Below, one piece after another: positions 39,691 through 53,121 of a stretch of 64,000 nt of DNA. The DNA is from Eledone cirrhosa (Eukaryota), in the NCBI GenBank assembly GCA_964016885.1, contig OZ024755.1, positions 13,330,001 to 13,394,000 of the forward strand, given 5' to 3'. Position numbers and translations under genes: made by a program. The notes under the pieces are model-generated. The model made no database searches. It saw only the letters and a list, made by a program, of their open reading frames with translations, and was not told the origin of the DNA. The stretch's first letter is position 1. Each line of letters starts with the position of its first letter.

Positions 39691-39999
39691 ATATATATAT
39701 ATAAATAAATATAGATTTATAAATATATATAGTATATGTATATGTAAGTATATATTGATGTGTGTGTATATATATATGTATATATATCGATGTGTGTGAG
39801 TGCATTTATATACATATGTATATATCGATGTGTGTGTGTATTTTTATATATATCTATGTGTGTGTGTATGTATATATCGATGTGAGTGTGTGTGTATATA
39901 TATATATTTATATATGTATGTATATCTATATTGATATGTGTGTGTATATATATATATATATAAATATATATTTATGTAATAAACAACATAAGATAATTA

Positions 40000-40060
40000 T
40001 TTCATTTACCAGTAGTTTCTTGAAAGGAAACGAAATTTGCTTTCATTCATCAGAATGAAA
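40000..40060 (-). ncRNA. type I hammerhead ribozyme motif
   Basis: minus strand UUUCAUU-CUGAUGA-a UGAAAG [13 nt] CUUUCA a-GAAA-CUacuG GUA-AAUGAAA; 7-bp stem I, 6-bp stem II with an A.A closing mismatch. Confidence 0.75.
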
Positions 40061-40136
40061 AAATACTGGTGTCTATATATATATATATATTTCGTTTCTG
40101 AATTTGTTGGCAACATGACCCTCCCAAAGCATAACA

Positions 40137-40409
40137 ATATAAATATATATATATATATTTATATATGTATGTATATATATTGATGTGTGTTTGTGTGTAT
40201 ATATATATGTCGATGTGTGTATATATATATATGTATATATCAATGTGTGTGTATATATTTATATATGTATGTATATATATATTGATCTGTGTGTATATAT
40301 ATATATGTATATATTGATGTCGATATATACATTGATGTGTGTGTGTGTATATATAGATATATTTATATATGTATGTATATATATATATTTATGTATGTAT
40401 GTATGTATG

Positions 40410-40478
<69 letters not shown>

Positions 40479-40731
40479 GTATGTATGTATATATATATGT
40501 ATATATATGTATATATATATATATGTATATATATATATTTATTTATGTATGTATATATATTTATTTATGTATGTATATATATTTATATATGTATGTATGT
40601 ATATATATTTATATATGTATGTATATATATATATTTATATATGTATGTATATATATATATTTATATATGTATGTATATATATATATATTTATATATGTAT
40701 GTATATATATATATATATTTATATATGTATG

Positions 40732-40762
<31 letters not shown>

Positions 40763-41661
40763 GTATGTATATATATATTTATATATGTATGTATATATAT
40801 ATTTATATATGTATATATATATATTTATATATGTATGTATATATATTTATATATGTATGTATATATATTTATATATGTATGTATATATATTTATATATGT
40901 ATGTATATATATTTATATATGTATGTATATATATTTATATATGTATGTATATATATTTATATATGTATGTATATATATTTATATATGTATGTATATATAT
41001 TTATATATGTATATATATATATTTATATATGTATGTATATATATATATATTTATATATGTATGTATATTTATATATTTATATATGTATGTATATATATTT
41101 ATATATGTATATATATTTATATATGTATGTATATATATTTATATATGTATATATATATATATTTATATATGTATGTATATATATATATATTTATATATGT
41201 ATGTATATTTATATATTTATATATGTATGTATATATATATATATTTATATATGTATGTATATATATATATATTTATATATGTATGTATATATATATATAT
41301 TTATATATGTATGTATATATATATATATTTATATATGTATGTATATATTTATATATATATGTATATATACATATTTATATATATATGTATATATATATAT
41401 ATTTATATATATATGTATATATATATATATTTTTTTATATATATGTATATATATATATTTTTTTTTATATGTATGTATATATATATATATATTTATATAT
41501 GTATGTATATATATATATATATTTATATATGTATATATATATATTTATATATGTATATATATATATTTATATGTATATATATATATATTTATATGTATAT
41601 ATATATATATTTATATATGTATATATATATATATTTATATATGTATATATATATATATTTA

Positions 41662-41704
<43 letters not shown>

Positions 41705-41797
41705 GTATATATATATATATTTATATGTATATATATATATATTTATATGTATATATATATATATTTATATATGTATATATATATATATATATATTTA

Positions 41798-41853
<56 letters not shown>

Positions 41854-41859
41854 TATTTA

Positions 41860-41918
<59 letters not shown>

Positions 41919-41932
41919 ATGTATATATATAT
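40137..41932. repeat. 1.8-kb compound (TA)n/TATG/TTTA microsatellite
   Basis: direct inspection. Confidence 0.97.
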
Positions 41933-41933
41933 C

Positions 41934-43729
41934 GACCAGGTCATGAAGGTCACGGAAAGAGTAATAGCGCAGCTAATCAGAGAGAGAATTGACCTAGATG
42001 AAATGCAGTTCGGGTTTGTGTCAGGCAAAAGTACCACAGACGCTCTTTTCATAGTACGACAACTACAAGAGAAGTACCTAGCTAAAGGTAAACCCCTCTA
42101 CTTAGCTTTTGTCGACTTGGAGAAAGCCTTCGACAGAGTCCCCCGCTCCATTATCTGGTGGGCTCTTAGAAAACTAGGCGTTGACGAATGGCTTGTGAGG
42201 GCTATACAAGCCATGTATAAAGAAACAGTCAGCAAGGTTAGAATTAACAACGAATATAGTGAAGAGTTTAGCGTAAAAGTCGGCGTCCATCAGGGCTCTG
42301 TTCTCAGTCCACTACTATTTATTATTGCCCTTCAGGCCATAACAGAGGAGTTCAAGACAGGCTGCCCATGGGAACTCCTATACGCAGACGACCTGACACT
42401 CATAGCGGAATCAATGGCCGAGCTAGAGAAGAAATTCCAAACATGGAAGCACGGCCTAGAGTCAAAAGGACTTAAAATTAACCTGGCTAAGACCAAAGTA
42501 CTAGTTTGTAGGAAAGAAAACAAGGCGGCGGTCCCTTCTGGGAAATGGTCGTGCTCGGTGTGTAGGAAAGGCGTAGGTAGAAACTCCATTTTATGTCCTA
42601 AATGCAAAGTATGGGTGCATAAAAGATGCAGTGGGATCACAGGTAGGCTAACTAAGAACATAGATTTTACATGTGGCCGGTGCTCTGGTGCAATAAGTAG
42701 CAGCAAGTGCCCACAAACTACTAGCTCTTTCAATTGCGCAGAGGGTTCTATAGAAATAGTGGACAGCTTCCGTTACCTGGGCGATAAAATCAGCAGTGGG
42801 GGAGGGTGCTCTGAAAGTACTGTAGCTAGAGTCAGAACTGGTTGGAAAAAGTTCAGAGAGCTTATACCACTATTAGCTGCTAAAGGGTTCTCACTAAAAA
42901 TGAAAGGCAGGTTGTACGATGCCTGCATACGAACAGCAATGCTGCATGGCAGTGAGACCTGGGCATTGTGTGCAGAGGATATACGCAGACTAGAGAGGAA
43001 CGAAGCTTGCATGCTCCGCTGGATGTGTAACAGTAATATACGTGAACGGCAAAGCATAAACGAACTAAGGAATAAATTAGAGATAAGAGGGATCAGATGT
43101 TGTTTACTCGAGAGAAGGCTACGTTGGTATGGACACGTGATGCGCATGAAAGTCGATAGCTGTATAACAAAGTGCAGGGCAATAAAGATAGACGGTAGTC
43201 ACGGAATAGGCAGACCTAGAAAAACCTGGGACGAGCTGATAAACTCCGACATCACACACTTACACCTCTCCAAGACAATGTCACTGGACCGAGACCTTTG
43301 GCGGTACTCAGTAACAGAGAAGACCCGCCTTACCTAAATATATAGTAAAACCTACTCCAGCCAGTAGGCATCTCTAACAAATACACCCCGTCCCACCACC
43401 CCCACCCGATCCACACCACCCCGTTCTATGTAAAGTTATGTTGGTGCCGCGCCATCGAGGCCGAAACAAATGAGATCGTGTAGGTGTCACGACAAAAAAA
43501 CACACAGTCCACGCTGTAATGTGGCCGTGTAGGCAACACGGTAAAAACCTCCCAGACCCACACTGTAAATGTGGTTGGTGTTAGGAAGGGCATCCAACTG
43601 TAGAAAACCTGCCAGACAGTCCTATGCGAGCAAGACAATCACTCTTGCCTCAAGTGGGACTACCCCCGTCCAAACCCATGCAAGCGTGGAACACGGACGT
43701 TAAACGCTGATGATGATGATGATGATGAT
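41934..43729 (+). mobile_element. 5'-truncated RTE LINE; uninterrupted RT C-terminal frame 41934-43337, 3'UTR and (GAT)n tail
   Basis: [48 protein letters not shown] and GRPRKTW motifs; no stop in 467 codons. Confidence 0.96.
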
Positions 43730-43750
43730 ATATATATATATTTATATATG

Positions 43751-43795
<45 letters not shown>

Positions 43796-44203
43796 ATGTA
43801 TATATATATATATATATATTTATATATGTATATGTATAGATATATATTTATATATGTATATATATAGATATATATTTATATATGTATATTGATGTGTGTG
43901 TGTGTGTATGTTTGTATTCCAGGAAAGCTTTACTCATTTATTCAAAAAGAACATCTTAAATTGTTGAAAGCTTTTCTCAAATTCCACATTGATAGGATCA
44001 GCGCTGCCTGCAGACATGATACATATATATCCAATATTTACAGCTCTGATCTAGTTTATTCCAACATCCACCATACACCATACACAACCATTTGCCTGCT
44101 CCTACCAACATTATATCTCTTATATCATATATTATATTATACTATAGTATTAAACCTTACCTCCCACACCCTCTCTTAAATGCATATAAATATATTTACA
44201 TGC

Positions 44204-44234
<31 letters not shown>

Positions 44235-44377
44235 TACATACACACAAATACATATATATATATATCAATTATCATCCTTGTTTAACATCTATTTTCCATG
44301 TTTGCATGGGTTAGACAGCTGTCACATGCTGAGGCCAGACTGGTCAAATGACTATGTTCTTTTTGTACACTTCTTGT

Positions 44378-44990
44378 ACAGCATGTACTGGGAGTATGGC
44401 TTCTACAGCTGGATGCCCTTTCTAACATCAACCACTTTACAGCATGTACTGGGAGTATGGCTTCTACAGCTGGATGTCCTTTCTAACATCAACCACTTTA
44501 CAGCATGTACTGGGAGTATGACTTCTACAGCTGGATGCCCTTTCTAACATCAACCACTTTACAGCATGTACTGGGAGTATGGCTTCTACAGCTGGATGTC
44601 CTTTCTAACATCAACCACTTTACAGCATGTACTGGGAGTATGGCTTCTACAGCTGGATGCTCTTCCTAACACCAACCACTTTACAGCATGTACTGGGAGT
44701 ATGACTTCTACAGCTGGATGCTCTTCCTAACACCAACCACTTTACAGCATGTACTGGGAGTATGACTTCTACAGCTGGATTCCCTTCCTAACACCAACCA
44801 CTTTACAGCATGTACTGGGAGTATGACTTCTACAGCTGGATTCCCTTCCTAACACCAACCACTTTACAGCATGTACTGGGAGTATGACTTCTACAGCTGG
44901 ATGCTCTTCCTAACACCAACCACTTTACAGCATGTACTGGGAGTATGACTTCTACAGCTGGATTCCCTTCCTAACACCAACCACTTTACA
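44378..44990. repeat. 61-bp minisatellite, about 10 copies, derived from the antisense RTE 3'UTR
   Basis: unit tacagcatgtactgggagtatgacttctacagctggatgcccttcctaacaccaaccactt. Confidence 0.93.
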
Positions 44991-45586
44991 ATAATTACTG
45001 GGAATATTTATTGTGACTCCAACACTACTGTCTTTCAGGGTGGACATTGTTTCTACAGTAGGGTGGTCTTCCTGTTGCTAATCACCCATACTGAGTGTAC
45101 CTCAATATTCACAGCCTCATTTGCATTGTAGAGGTTTCCAAAACCTACCCAAATTTCCATATTCCATATAGTCACAATGCTTCAAGCAGACTATTATTGG
45201 CACTATCAGTATAGCGTCAGATGCTATACTTTGAAACATAGTTATGGCCCTTTACGTTCTGAATTCAAATCTCGCCCAGGTTAACTTTGCCTTTCATTCT
45301 TACGGGGTCAATAAAATAAAGTACTAGTAATGCACTGGGAAAATTGCTGGCCTTGTGCCAAAAGTAGAAACAATTATTATTGTCATCCCCCCCCCCCCCC
45401 GCCCCACCCTCTCCCCCTCCTTTTCCTTCTCACTTCTGTTGATTTTTAGGTTGTTATCACTACTGCCATTATTGGTGATATTATTATTGTTTTTATTGCT
45501 GTCATTATTGATGTTGTTGTTCTTATCATTATTATTGTTATTGGTTTTATTGGTGTCATTATTGATGTTGTTGTTGTTATTTGAAG

Positions 45587-45651
45587 AACTGATGAACAGA
45601 AGAAAGAAAGATATGCAAAGACAATATCTGAAATGAAGAAGTTTATTCCAA
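45587..45651 (+). CDS. SNX14: SNX14 coding exon (RTDEQKKERYAKTISEMKKFIP)
   Basis: ttgaAG / GTaaga; phase 2 to 1; matches recalled [22 protein letters not shown]; follows a 24.8-kb intron. Confidence 0.88.
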
Positions 45652-45937
45652 GTAAGAATATATCAATTTTTCTGGAAAATGACTTTGTATGTGGTGTGTG
45701 TTCATGTATGTGTGTGTGTATATCTGTCTGTTAGTGTTAATGTATTGGTTAGTTTGTGTATGTATATATGCACGTGTCTGTAGTATGTATGTGTATGTTT
45801 GTGTATAGATGTTTGCTTGTGTGTATGTATATATATGTATGCATGTATGTGCCTATATATGTTTGACTATGTATATGTGCACATGTGTCTATGTGTATTT
45901 TTGTATGTAGATATGTGTTTGCTTGTGTCCATGTGTG

Positions 45938-45968
<31 letters not shown>

Positions 45969-47169
45969 TTAAATATAGAAATGGCTTTTACAGGACTAGA
46001 ACTGTTTCAATCGAAGGAAATCATCAGGGCTTTCCTTCGAATGAAACAGTTCTAGTCCTGTAGAAGCCATTTCTATATTAAAAATGTATACTCTGTTATA
46101 TATTGAGTGCCTTACTTACTCTGGTTACCCCTGATGGAACCCAGGATACACATATCTATCTCTCTTGAGATATGTTTGTGTATGTACCTATATATGTCTG
46201 TGTATTTATATATGTACATGTGTCTGTATGTGTATCGATGAGTGTTTGCTTGTGTTTCAATGTATATATAGATATGTATGTAGTGTATGTGCTTATATAT
46301 GTGTATGTGTGTTTGCTTATGTATGTAAGTGCACTTGTGTCTATATGTGCATAGATGTGTGTTTACTTCTGTCTGTGTATATGTGTGTGTGTGCATGTGT
46401 TTATATAGATATGTATGTGTGTATATATTTCTGTCTGAATGTATATGTAATTTATGTTTAATATTCTCACCATAGCATTAACAAACAGTTCAGTTATATT
46501 TTATCAAGAGAAAATATTCTCTCAGAAATTGTTGTGAGCAAATAGTAACAAATAATTGCATTCACAATGGTATGTCATTTATAATGTTATGTCATTTATA
46601 ATTTCTCTTCTAATATACATTTTGTAATGATTATTATTTTTATTATTATTGATGGCTTGCATAGTAAATATGATAATTGTTGGATCTTATACTGCTTACC
46701 GAGTCTCAACAAAGAACATTAGACAGATACTACATTCCTACAGTGGCCAACAGGGCAGTCTTTTGTAGGAGCGTAATTTGGGATTTGATACACTCTCAGT
46801 TTTAGTGGTGATAAAAGCCCCCTAAATTTAAGGTATATTTACTTAAGATACCCTTTCAGTTTTAGGGGTGTCAAGCCCCCTAAATTATCTTGATGTTAGG
46901 TGGTATTGACCACATTTGTCCAATTTTAATTTTTGTTATTGTTTTTTTTAAATTTCTTCTAATGCATGTTGTGGTCTTCTGGGACAGTAACATCAATGAT
47001 CTGGCAATTATTATTATTAGGGCACTGGATTGGCAGTATAGATAGACCATCGGAAATATGCTTTGCAGTATATAGTTACGGCCCTTTCAGTTCTGAGTTC
47101 AAATTCTGCCGAGGTTAGCTTTCATCCTTACGAAGTCGATAAAATAAAGTTATTAGTTGTTAGGAGCAG

Positions 47170-47850
47170 AAGCATTTTATTGTTCTGAAGAGGAAGTCTA
47201 GTTTTTGAGATTCAATTTTTACTATGTTGAGTATGTGTATTCACCAAGAGAGGGCCTCAGAAATAGTGGGACCTAGCATATGTAGACACTTTGAGGTTTC
47301 TAGTTACATACTGTTATTTAGTAAGGGATGGATGTGTGTTGTTTTCTTGATATGTGTAGTGATTGTGTCTTTTGAAGGGACCAAGATTGGCATGAGTCCA
47401 TTTAAGGGATACTTCAGAAGTCTCTGTTTATCGAATCAGTGAAGACTTTGTGAGGAGGTGTTGAGGTTGCATGTGGATGATGCTTGGGTGTGGAAGGTTA
47501 TGGAGGAATGGAGGATGTTATTATCTGTGTAGAATTGAGCATTTGTGGGGGTGATGGCAAGCAGGTTGTTGATGTATAGGATGAAGAGCATGAGGAGCAC
47601 AACACCGAACCTTGGGTCATACCATGGTTGATAGAATGTAGGCCAGGGAGAGCTGCATCAATATATGCCACACTGTTGTAATATGACAAGAAGTCTCCTA
47701 TAGAAGAGACATGAGGAGCCTATAGTTTGGTAGTTATGGCAGGAGATTTGTGTGCCAGATACTGGTAAAAGCTTTGCTGATGTCAAGTACAACAGCCTCA
47801 TTTTCACCAAATTTCTTTGGGGTAAGAACCTACTGGTAAGTGACATGGAG
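47170..47850 (-). mobile_element. heavily decayed non-LTR reverse transcriptase fragment
   Basis: minus-strand HSINHGMTQGSVLCS resembles the RT motif INxGVPQGSVLxP; frameshifted. Confidence 0.5.
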
Positions 47851-50190
47851 TACGTTTTCAGTAATTTTATGTTGAAGTTGTCTTACATTTTCTAATATGT
47901 TCTGTATTATGCATAAATGTTTGTTATTTCAATCATTAGTTCTATTTTGGCAATTTTTATGTGCAATTATTGGCTTGCATAAAAGGCAGACTGCATGCGA
48001 GCTGAGAATAACAACTGAGCATTAGAAATATTAGCCAATGTATGTGCAGGGTGGAGAGCAGGTGAGCTGGTATGGACATGTTGTGTAAATGGACAACAGC
48101 TGTTAAGTGAAAACATGCTGTGAACTGACAGTGGGAAGTAGCAGGTGAAAGAAGAAGACTTGGGAAAGAAATGGTGAGATTTAATCTGAGGATATTAGCT
48201 CTGGCAGACAGGATAATGTAGTATGAATGAGAGTAGAGATATGTTGTACAGCAGACATTTTCAGCTCATTGCAACAACAACAACAAACAAAAGCAACTAA
48301 AAAACTAATGTTAAAATGATGATAATTATATGTACATTTTTCTATTTGAAACATAATTTAATAGGAACAAACATGTGTTTATATGTCACATTCTCAGACA
48401 ACAGACATCTAATTCTTTGTTTCTGTTTAATGATTAAAGTCTTAAGAAAATGAGTTATCATCATCAATTTATGCTTGTTTTTCCATACTTGCATGGGTTG
48501 GATGGGTCTTCTCAAGCAGTATATCTTATTACTTGATGTTGTCATCTTGGTGAAGTTCCACCTTCATCACTACTTCTTTCTGTGTTGTTCTTGGTCTTCT
48601 TTGGTACTCTTCTTCTACAGCTGTAACATGGTAGTGCTGGTACCACAATAAAATGAACCTGGTACACTTTGTAAAGTGATAGTGCTGGTACCATGATAAA
48701 ATGCAGCCAGTACACTCTGTAAAATTGTAATGCTTGTGCCATGATAAAATAAACCCAGTACATTCTGAAAAGTAGTATTTCTGGAAATAAACTCAATATA
48801 TTTTGTAAAGTGGTATTGCTGGTACCACAATAAAACGAACCTGGTACACTTTGAAAGGTGGTACTGTTAGTGGCATGGTAAAATGCAGCCAGTGCACCCT
48901 GTAGAATGATTGGTATTAGAAGCCCAAGCTATAGAAGAAACGATGCCAAAATATGAAATGCATGAGAAGACGTAGTCTCTTCAACTCATCTAGTCAAGGA
49001 TAACAACAACTTGTCCAAACCATACCAGCATTGAAAACAGATGTTGTTGTTGTTGTTGTTGATGATGATGATTGTCTGTCTCTGGATCTTCTTATTCTCC
49101 ATTACCTGGCAATAACATCTGTTAATTCCACTTTGAAAGCTTTCTTTTAAAAACATGCAGGCAGAGCCACATATGTTTCCAAAACAAACAATTTCTATTT
49201 TGTCTACCAAAATATGAAGAATACTATGCAAGTGAGAGGTGTCAACTATTGCTGACATTATTCAGATTTTTACATCTTCTCTTATGAATTTGTATCCCAT
49301 TGAATACAACGATGTGTTATTGTTAGTCAAGACACTTAACTCTGCTTGGCCAAAGGCTATATTCCTAATTAAAAAATAATTATACAATTTTCTCGTTTCC
49401 TATCAGATAATGCATTATTTAGTCAGTGAAATAAAAGTTTACACTTAACTGTTACATCATAATAAAAGCATGCATACACATAAAAAGACACATATATATG
49501 TATATAAATGCACATACATGCATACGCATAAACACACACACATATATATAAATATACATTCATATTAACACTAATATATATATATATAAATGCACATACA
49601 TGATGTGCACATATACCCACACATACAAGTAAATTCACAAACACACATGCACACACATCTATCAATACACATTCCTACATACACATACATGTATACACAT
49701 ATAATACAGATACTTATACATTTATACACATACATACATGCATTCATATACACATACACAAACATATACAGCACACAAACATGCACACATGCTGACATAT
49801 GCACACACATAAACACACTGAACAGATTGCCATTTCATTATTAAAATTGTATATAGAGGAAGTGCGTGTGTGTGTTTATCATCATCATCGTCACTGTTTG
49901 ATATCTATTTTCCATGCTTGCATGAGTTAAACAGGCTGTCACATTGTGAGGCTTGCTAGATCAGGACAGGTGACCAAGTTTTGCTCATATGGATCTGTTT
50001 CGGGCTTGGTTTTTATAGCTGGATGCCATTGCCAGCCACATTACAATGTACACTGGGAGTTTTTTCATGGCACCACAATTACCACTTTATAGGGTGGACT
50101 GGGTGCTTTTCATTATAGCACTAAAATGGCCAAACAGTGGGGACAGTGTTCTCTTTTGTTGTACCAGCACAATGTCCCTAGAGAGTGGAA

Positions 50191-50502
50191 ATCATCATCA
50201 TCATCATTTTAAGTCTGCTTTTCCCTGCTTGCAAGGGTGGGACAGGAACTGATTCTGGGGTGATTTCTACAGCTGGATGCCCTTCCTAACACCAACCTCA
50301 TTTACAGTGAGTGCTGGGTGTTTTTTTTCCGTGGCGCCTATACGTCCACTTTACAGTGTGGGCTGGGTGCTTTTTTTTGCCTTGACACCTCCACGACCAC
50401 TTTGCAGTTGAATGATAGGGACCCCAGTCTTATTTCATTTCTACAGCTGAGTAAACTGGAGCAATGTGAAATAAAGTGTCTTGCTCAAGGAAACAACACA
50501 TC
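50191..50502 (-). mobile_element. SINE copy lacking the tRNA head
   Basis: same body and tail as 34103-34432. Confidence 0.8.
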
Positions 50503-50697
50503 ATATCAAATATATATATATTTATGTGCATATATATCATCATTGATTAACATCTATCTTCCAGGCTAGCATAGGTTAGACAAGTTTGTCCTATTTAGAG
50601 GCAAGTTGGGTCGCCAACCACATTGACAGTGTGTGCTGGGTGCTTTTTGTCATGACACCTACACAATCACTTTACAGTGTGGGCTGGATGTTTTGTG

Positions 50698-50738
<41 letters not shown>

Positions 50739-51000
50739 CATATGCCATATATGTAATATACATACACATATCATACATATACATACACACTTCATATATA
50801 TACACACATAAATATATCATCAACCTTGTCCATCATTCATGGGTAGGACGGATTAACCCTTGTTTAGCCACCAGGGGCAGATTTTGGCTTGGTTTCTACA
50901 GCTGGGTGCCATACCTACCGCCAACCACATTTACAGTGTGTGCTGGGTACTTTTTGTTGTGTCACCTACACCACCACATTACAGTGTGGACTGGGCACTA

Positions 51001-51355
51001 TCATCATTTCATCATCATTTTTCATCATTTCATTTTACGTCCACTTTTCCCTGCTAGCAAGGGTGGGACGGGAACTGATTCTGGCTTGAATTCTACAGCT
51101 GGATGCCCTTCCTAACACCAACCTCATTTACAGTGAGTGCTGGGTGCTTTTTTGCCGTGGCACCTCCACGACCACTTTGCAGTGGAATGATAGGGACCCC
51201 AGTCCCTATCATCTCATTTCTACAGCTGAGTAAACTGGAGCAATGTGAAATCAAGTGTCTTGCTGAAGGAAACAACACATCACCCGGTCTGAGAATTGAA
51301 CTCACAACCTTTCGATTGCAAGGCCAATGCTCTAACCACTAAGCCATGTGCCTCC
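51001..51355 (-). mobile_element. tRNA/CORE-like/RTE-tail SINE copy
   Basis: nearly identical to 34103-34432. Confidence 0.87.
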
Positions 51356-51396
<41 letters not shown>

Positions 51397-52414
51397 TATA
51401 TAGGTGGGTTTCCAATGTATAAAACCTCTCTAGTGCTGGTACCATGATAAAATGAACCTAGTATGCCCTGTAAAGTGGCTGGTGTTGGTGCTATATGGCA
51501 TTACACTGTCAACATACTCCCTCCTATTGTCACTTATGACATAATACTTATCCTCCTCCTTACTCCTCTCCCCCCATAAAGTAGAGAGAGTTTTTAGTGG
51601 AGCCAATTACCGACAACTTCTCGAGTGCTGGTGTCAACATAAAATGCATCCTGTACACTTTGTAAAGTATTTGCTGGTAGGAAAAGCATCCCGCTGTAGG
51701 AAACTTGCCAAACGAAGTGTAGAGAAAGTGTAGAGAAAAGCTGTCAAGGACATGACAATCTCTTTAGTGCTGGTGCCATGATAAAATAGATGGCACACTC
51801 TATAGAGTGCAGGGATATATGTATATAAGCGAGAAGAGGTCCCGACTTATTTGAGAGATCAGATTAAGAGGCTCTGATTAAGTTCTGATTTCTGTGACAA
51901 CTCGACCAAACTTTGCTAGCAGAGTAAACAGATGTCTAATGATGATAATAAATAAATAGAAGAAAAAAACAAGAAATGTTATTAATTATACTAGTATTTT
52001 TTTCTATAAATATCAACCTATATTTAGTAATGTAAGTTGCTTTTGTTTCATTGATTAATACCAAATAGTTTGGCTTTTTTTAAATATCTCAGACAAGATT
52101 TTTTTCTATCTTACCATTTAAATCTATTTATCTATCTATCTATCTATCCACCCACCATCTCTCTCTCTTGCTATCTCTATATAAATATATATGTGTGTAT
52201 GTGTGGTATTGTGGAAAAATGGACGTTAAATGGCGATGATGATATGTGTGTGAAGAACCCATATATATATATATATATATATATATGGGTTTTTCTCAAG
52301 GTTATTTACATATGTAACTTGGCTGTATTTTATTTCTGGTGCTGGATATCTAAATAAATATTGGCAGCAGGTAGATATGGATTTTCATTATTTACTTCTG
52401 TCTATCTTTTCTGT

Positions 52415-52465
<51 letters not shown>

Positions 52466-52532
52466 GTAGCCATTTCTATATATATATAGTGACGAACATA
52501 AGTCAATTGCATGAACTCATAATCCTTTATTT

Positions 52533-52588
52533 ACTGCTATATATATTTCGATGATAGCCATTGAATGGCTATGACCTCATCAGGCAGT
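52533..52588 (-). ncRNA. type I hammerhead ribozyme motif (intact core)
   Basis: minus strand reads ACUGC-CUGAUGA-GGU C AUAGCCAU uca AUGGCUAU C AUC-GAAA-U auau AUA-GCAGU: 5-bp stem I, long stem II, minimal palindromic stem III, AUA cleavage triplet. Confidence 0.85.
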
Positions 52589-52777
52589 TAGTCAGTTCTT
52601 AGATGTGCCATCTCTGTGTTTATAGTGTTGATGGTATCAGAGCCTTGGGACATATATATATGGTATCAGAGCCTTGGGATATATATATATGTGGTTACAC
52701 AACAGTTAGTTCACCATACCGAGAACAATTGGACATGGACATGGTTATAACAACAATAGACATGGTTATAACCATGT

Positions 52778-52827
52778 CCATTACGAGCTGAAGATCCGCT
52801 AAGGTGAAACAATTGTTCTCAGTATGG
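52778..52827 (+). ncRNA. minimal type I hammerhead motif
   Basis: CCAU uac GAG-CUGAAGA-u CC gcuaa GG u-GAAA-C aauu GUU-CUC agu AUGG; palindromic stem III AACAAUUGUU; stem I has an internal loop. Confidence 0.65.
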
Positions 52828-53121
52828 TGAACTAACTGTTGTGTAACCACTTCTACCTAACTCGTCCCATGGACTGAGTGCTCTACCACTACGGATATTA
52901 CCTCCCAATGTTCTACCACTATATATATATATATATATTCAATTGGATTTGACTCTATTTATAAGCTCCTATTAATATGTCAATGGTGGAAGATTTTATC
53001 GTCACGTTAAGAGATGGTAAAAGATGGAAGGGTAGCAGAAGATTGATGGTATTAATGAGGAATCAGTAATATTGGATACAAGCAAATGCTACGAGAGATC
53101 AGAGGCTACATACATCCACCA

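Noticed and set aside
40185-41933. N-terminal about 580 aa of the 1050-aa ORF (YI/CV-rich)
   Set aside because: Stop-free translation of a TA/TATG microsatellite fused by chance to the truncated RTE frame; real homology starts at 41934.
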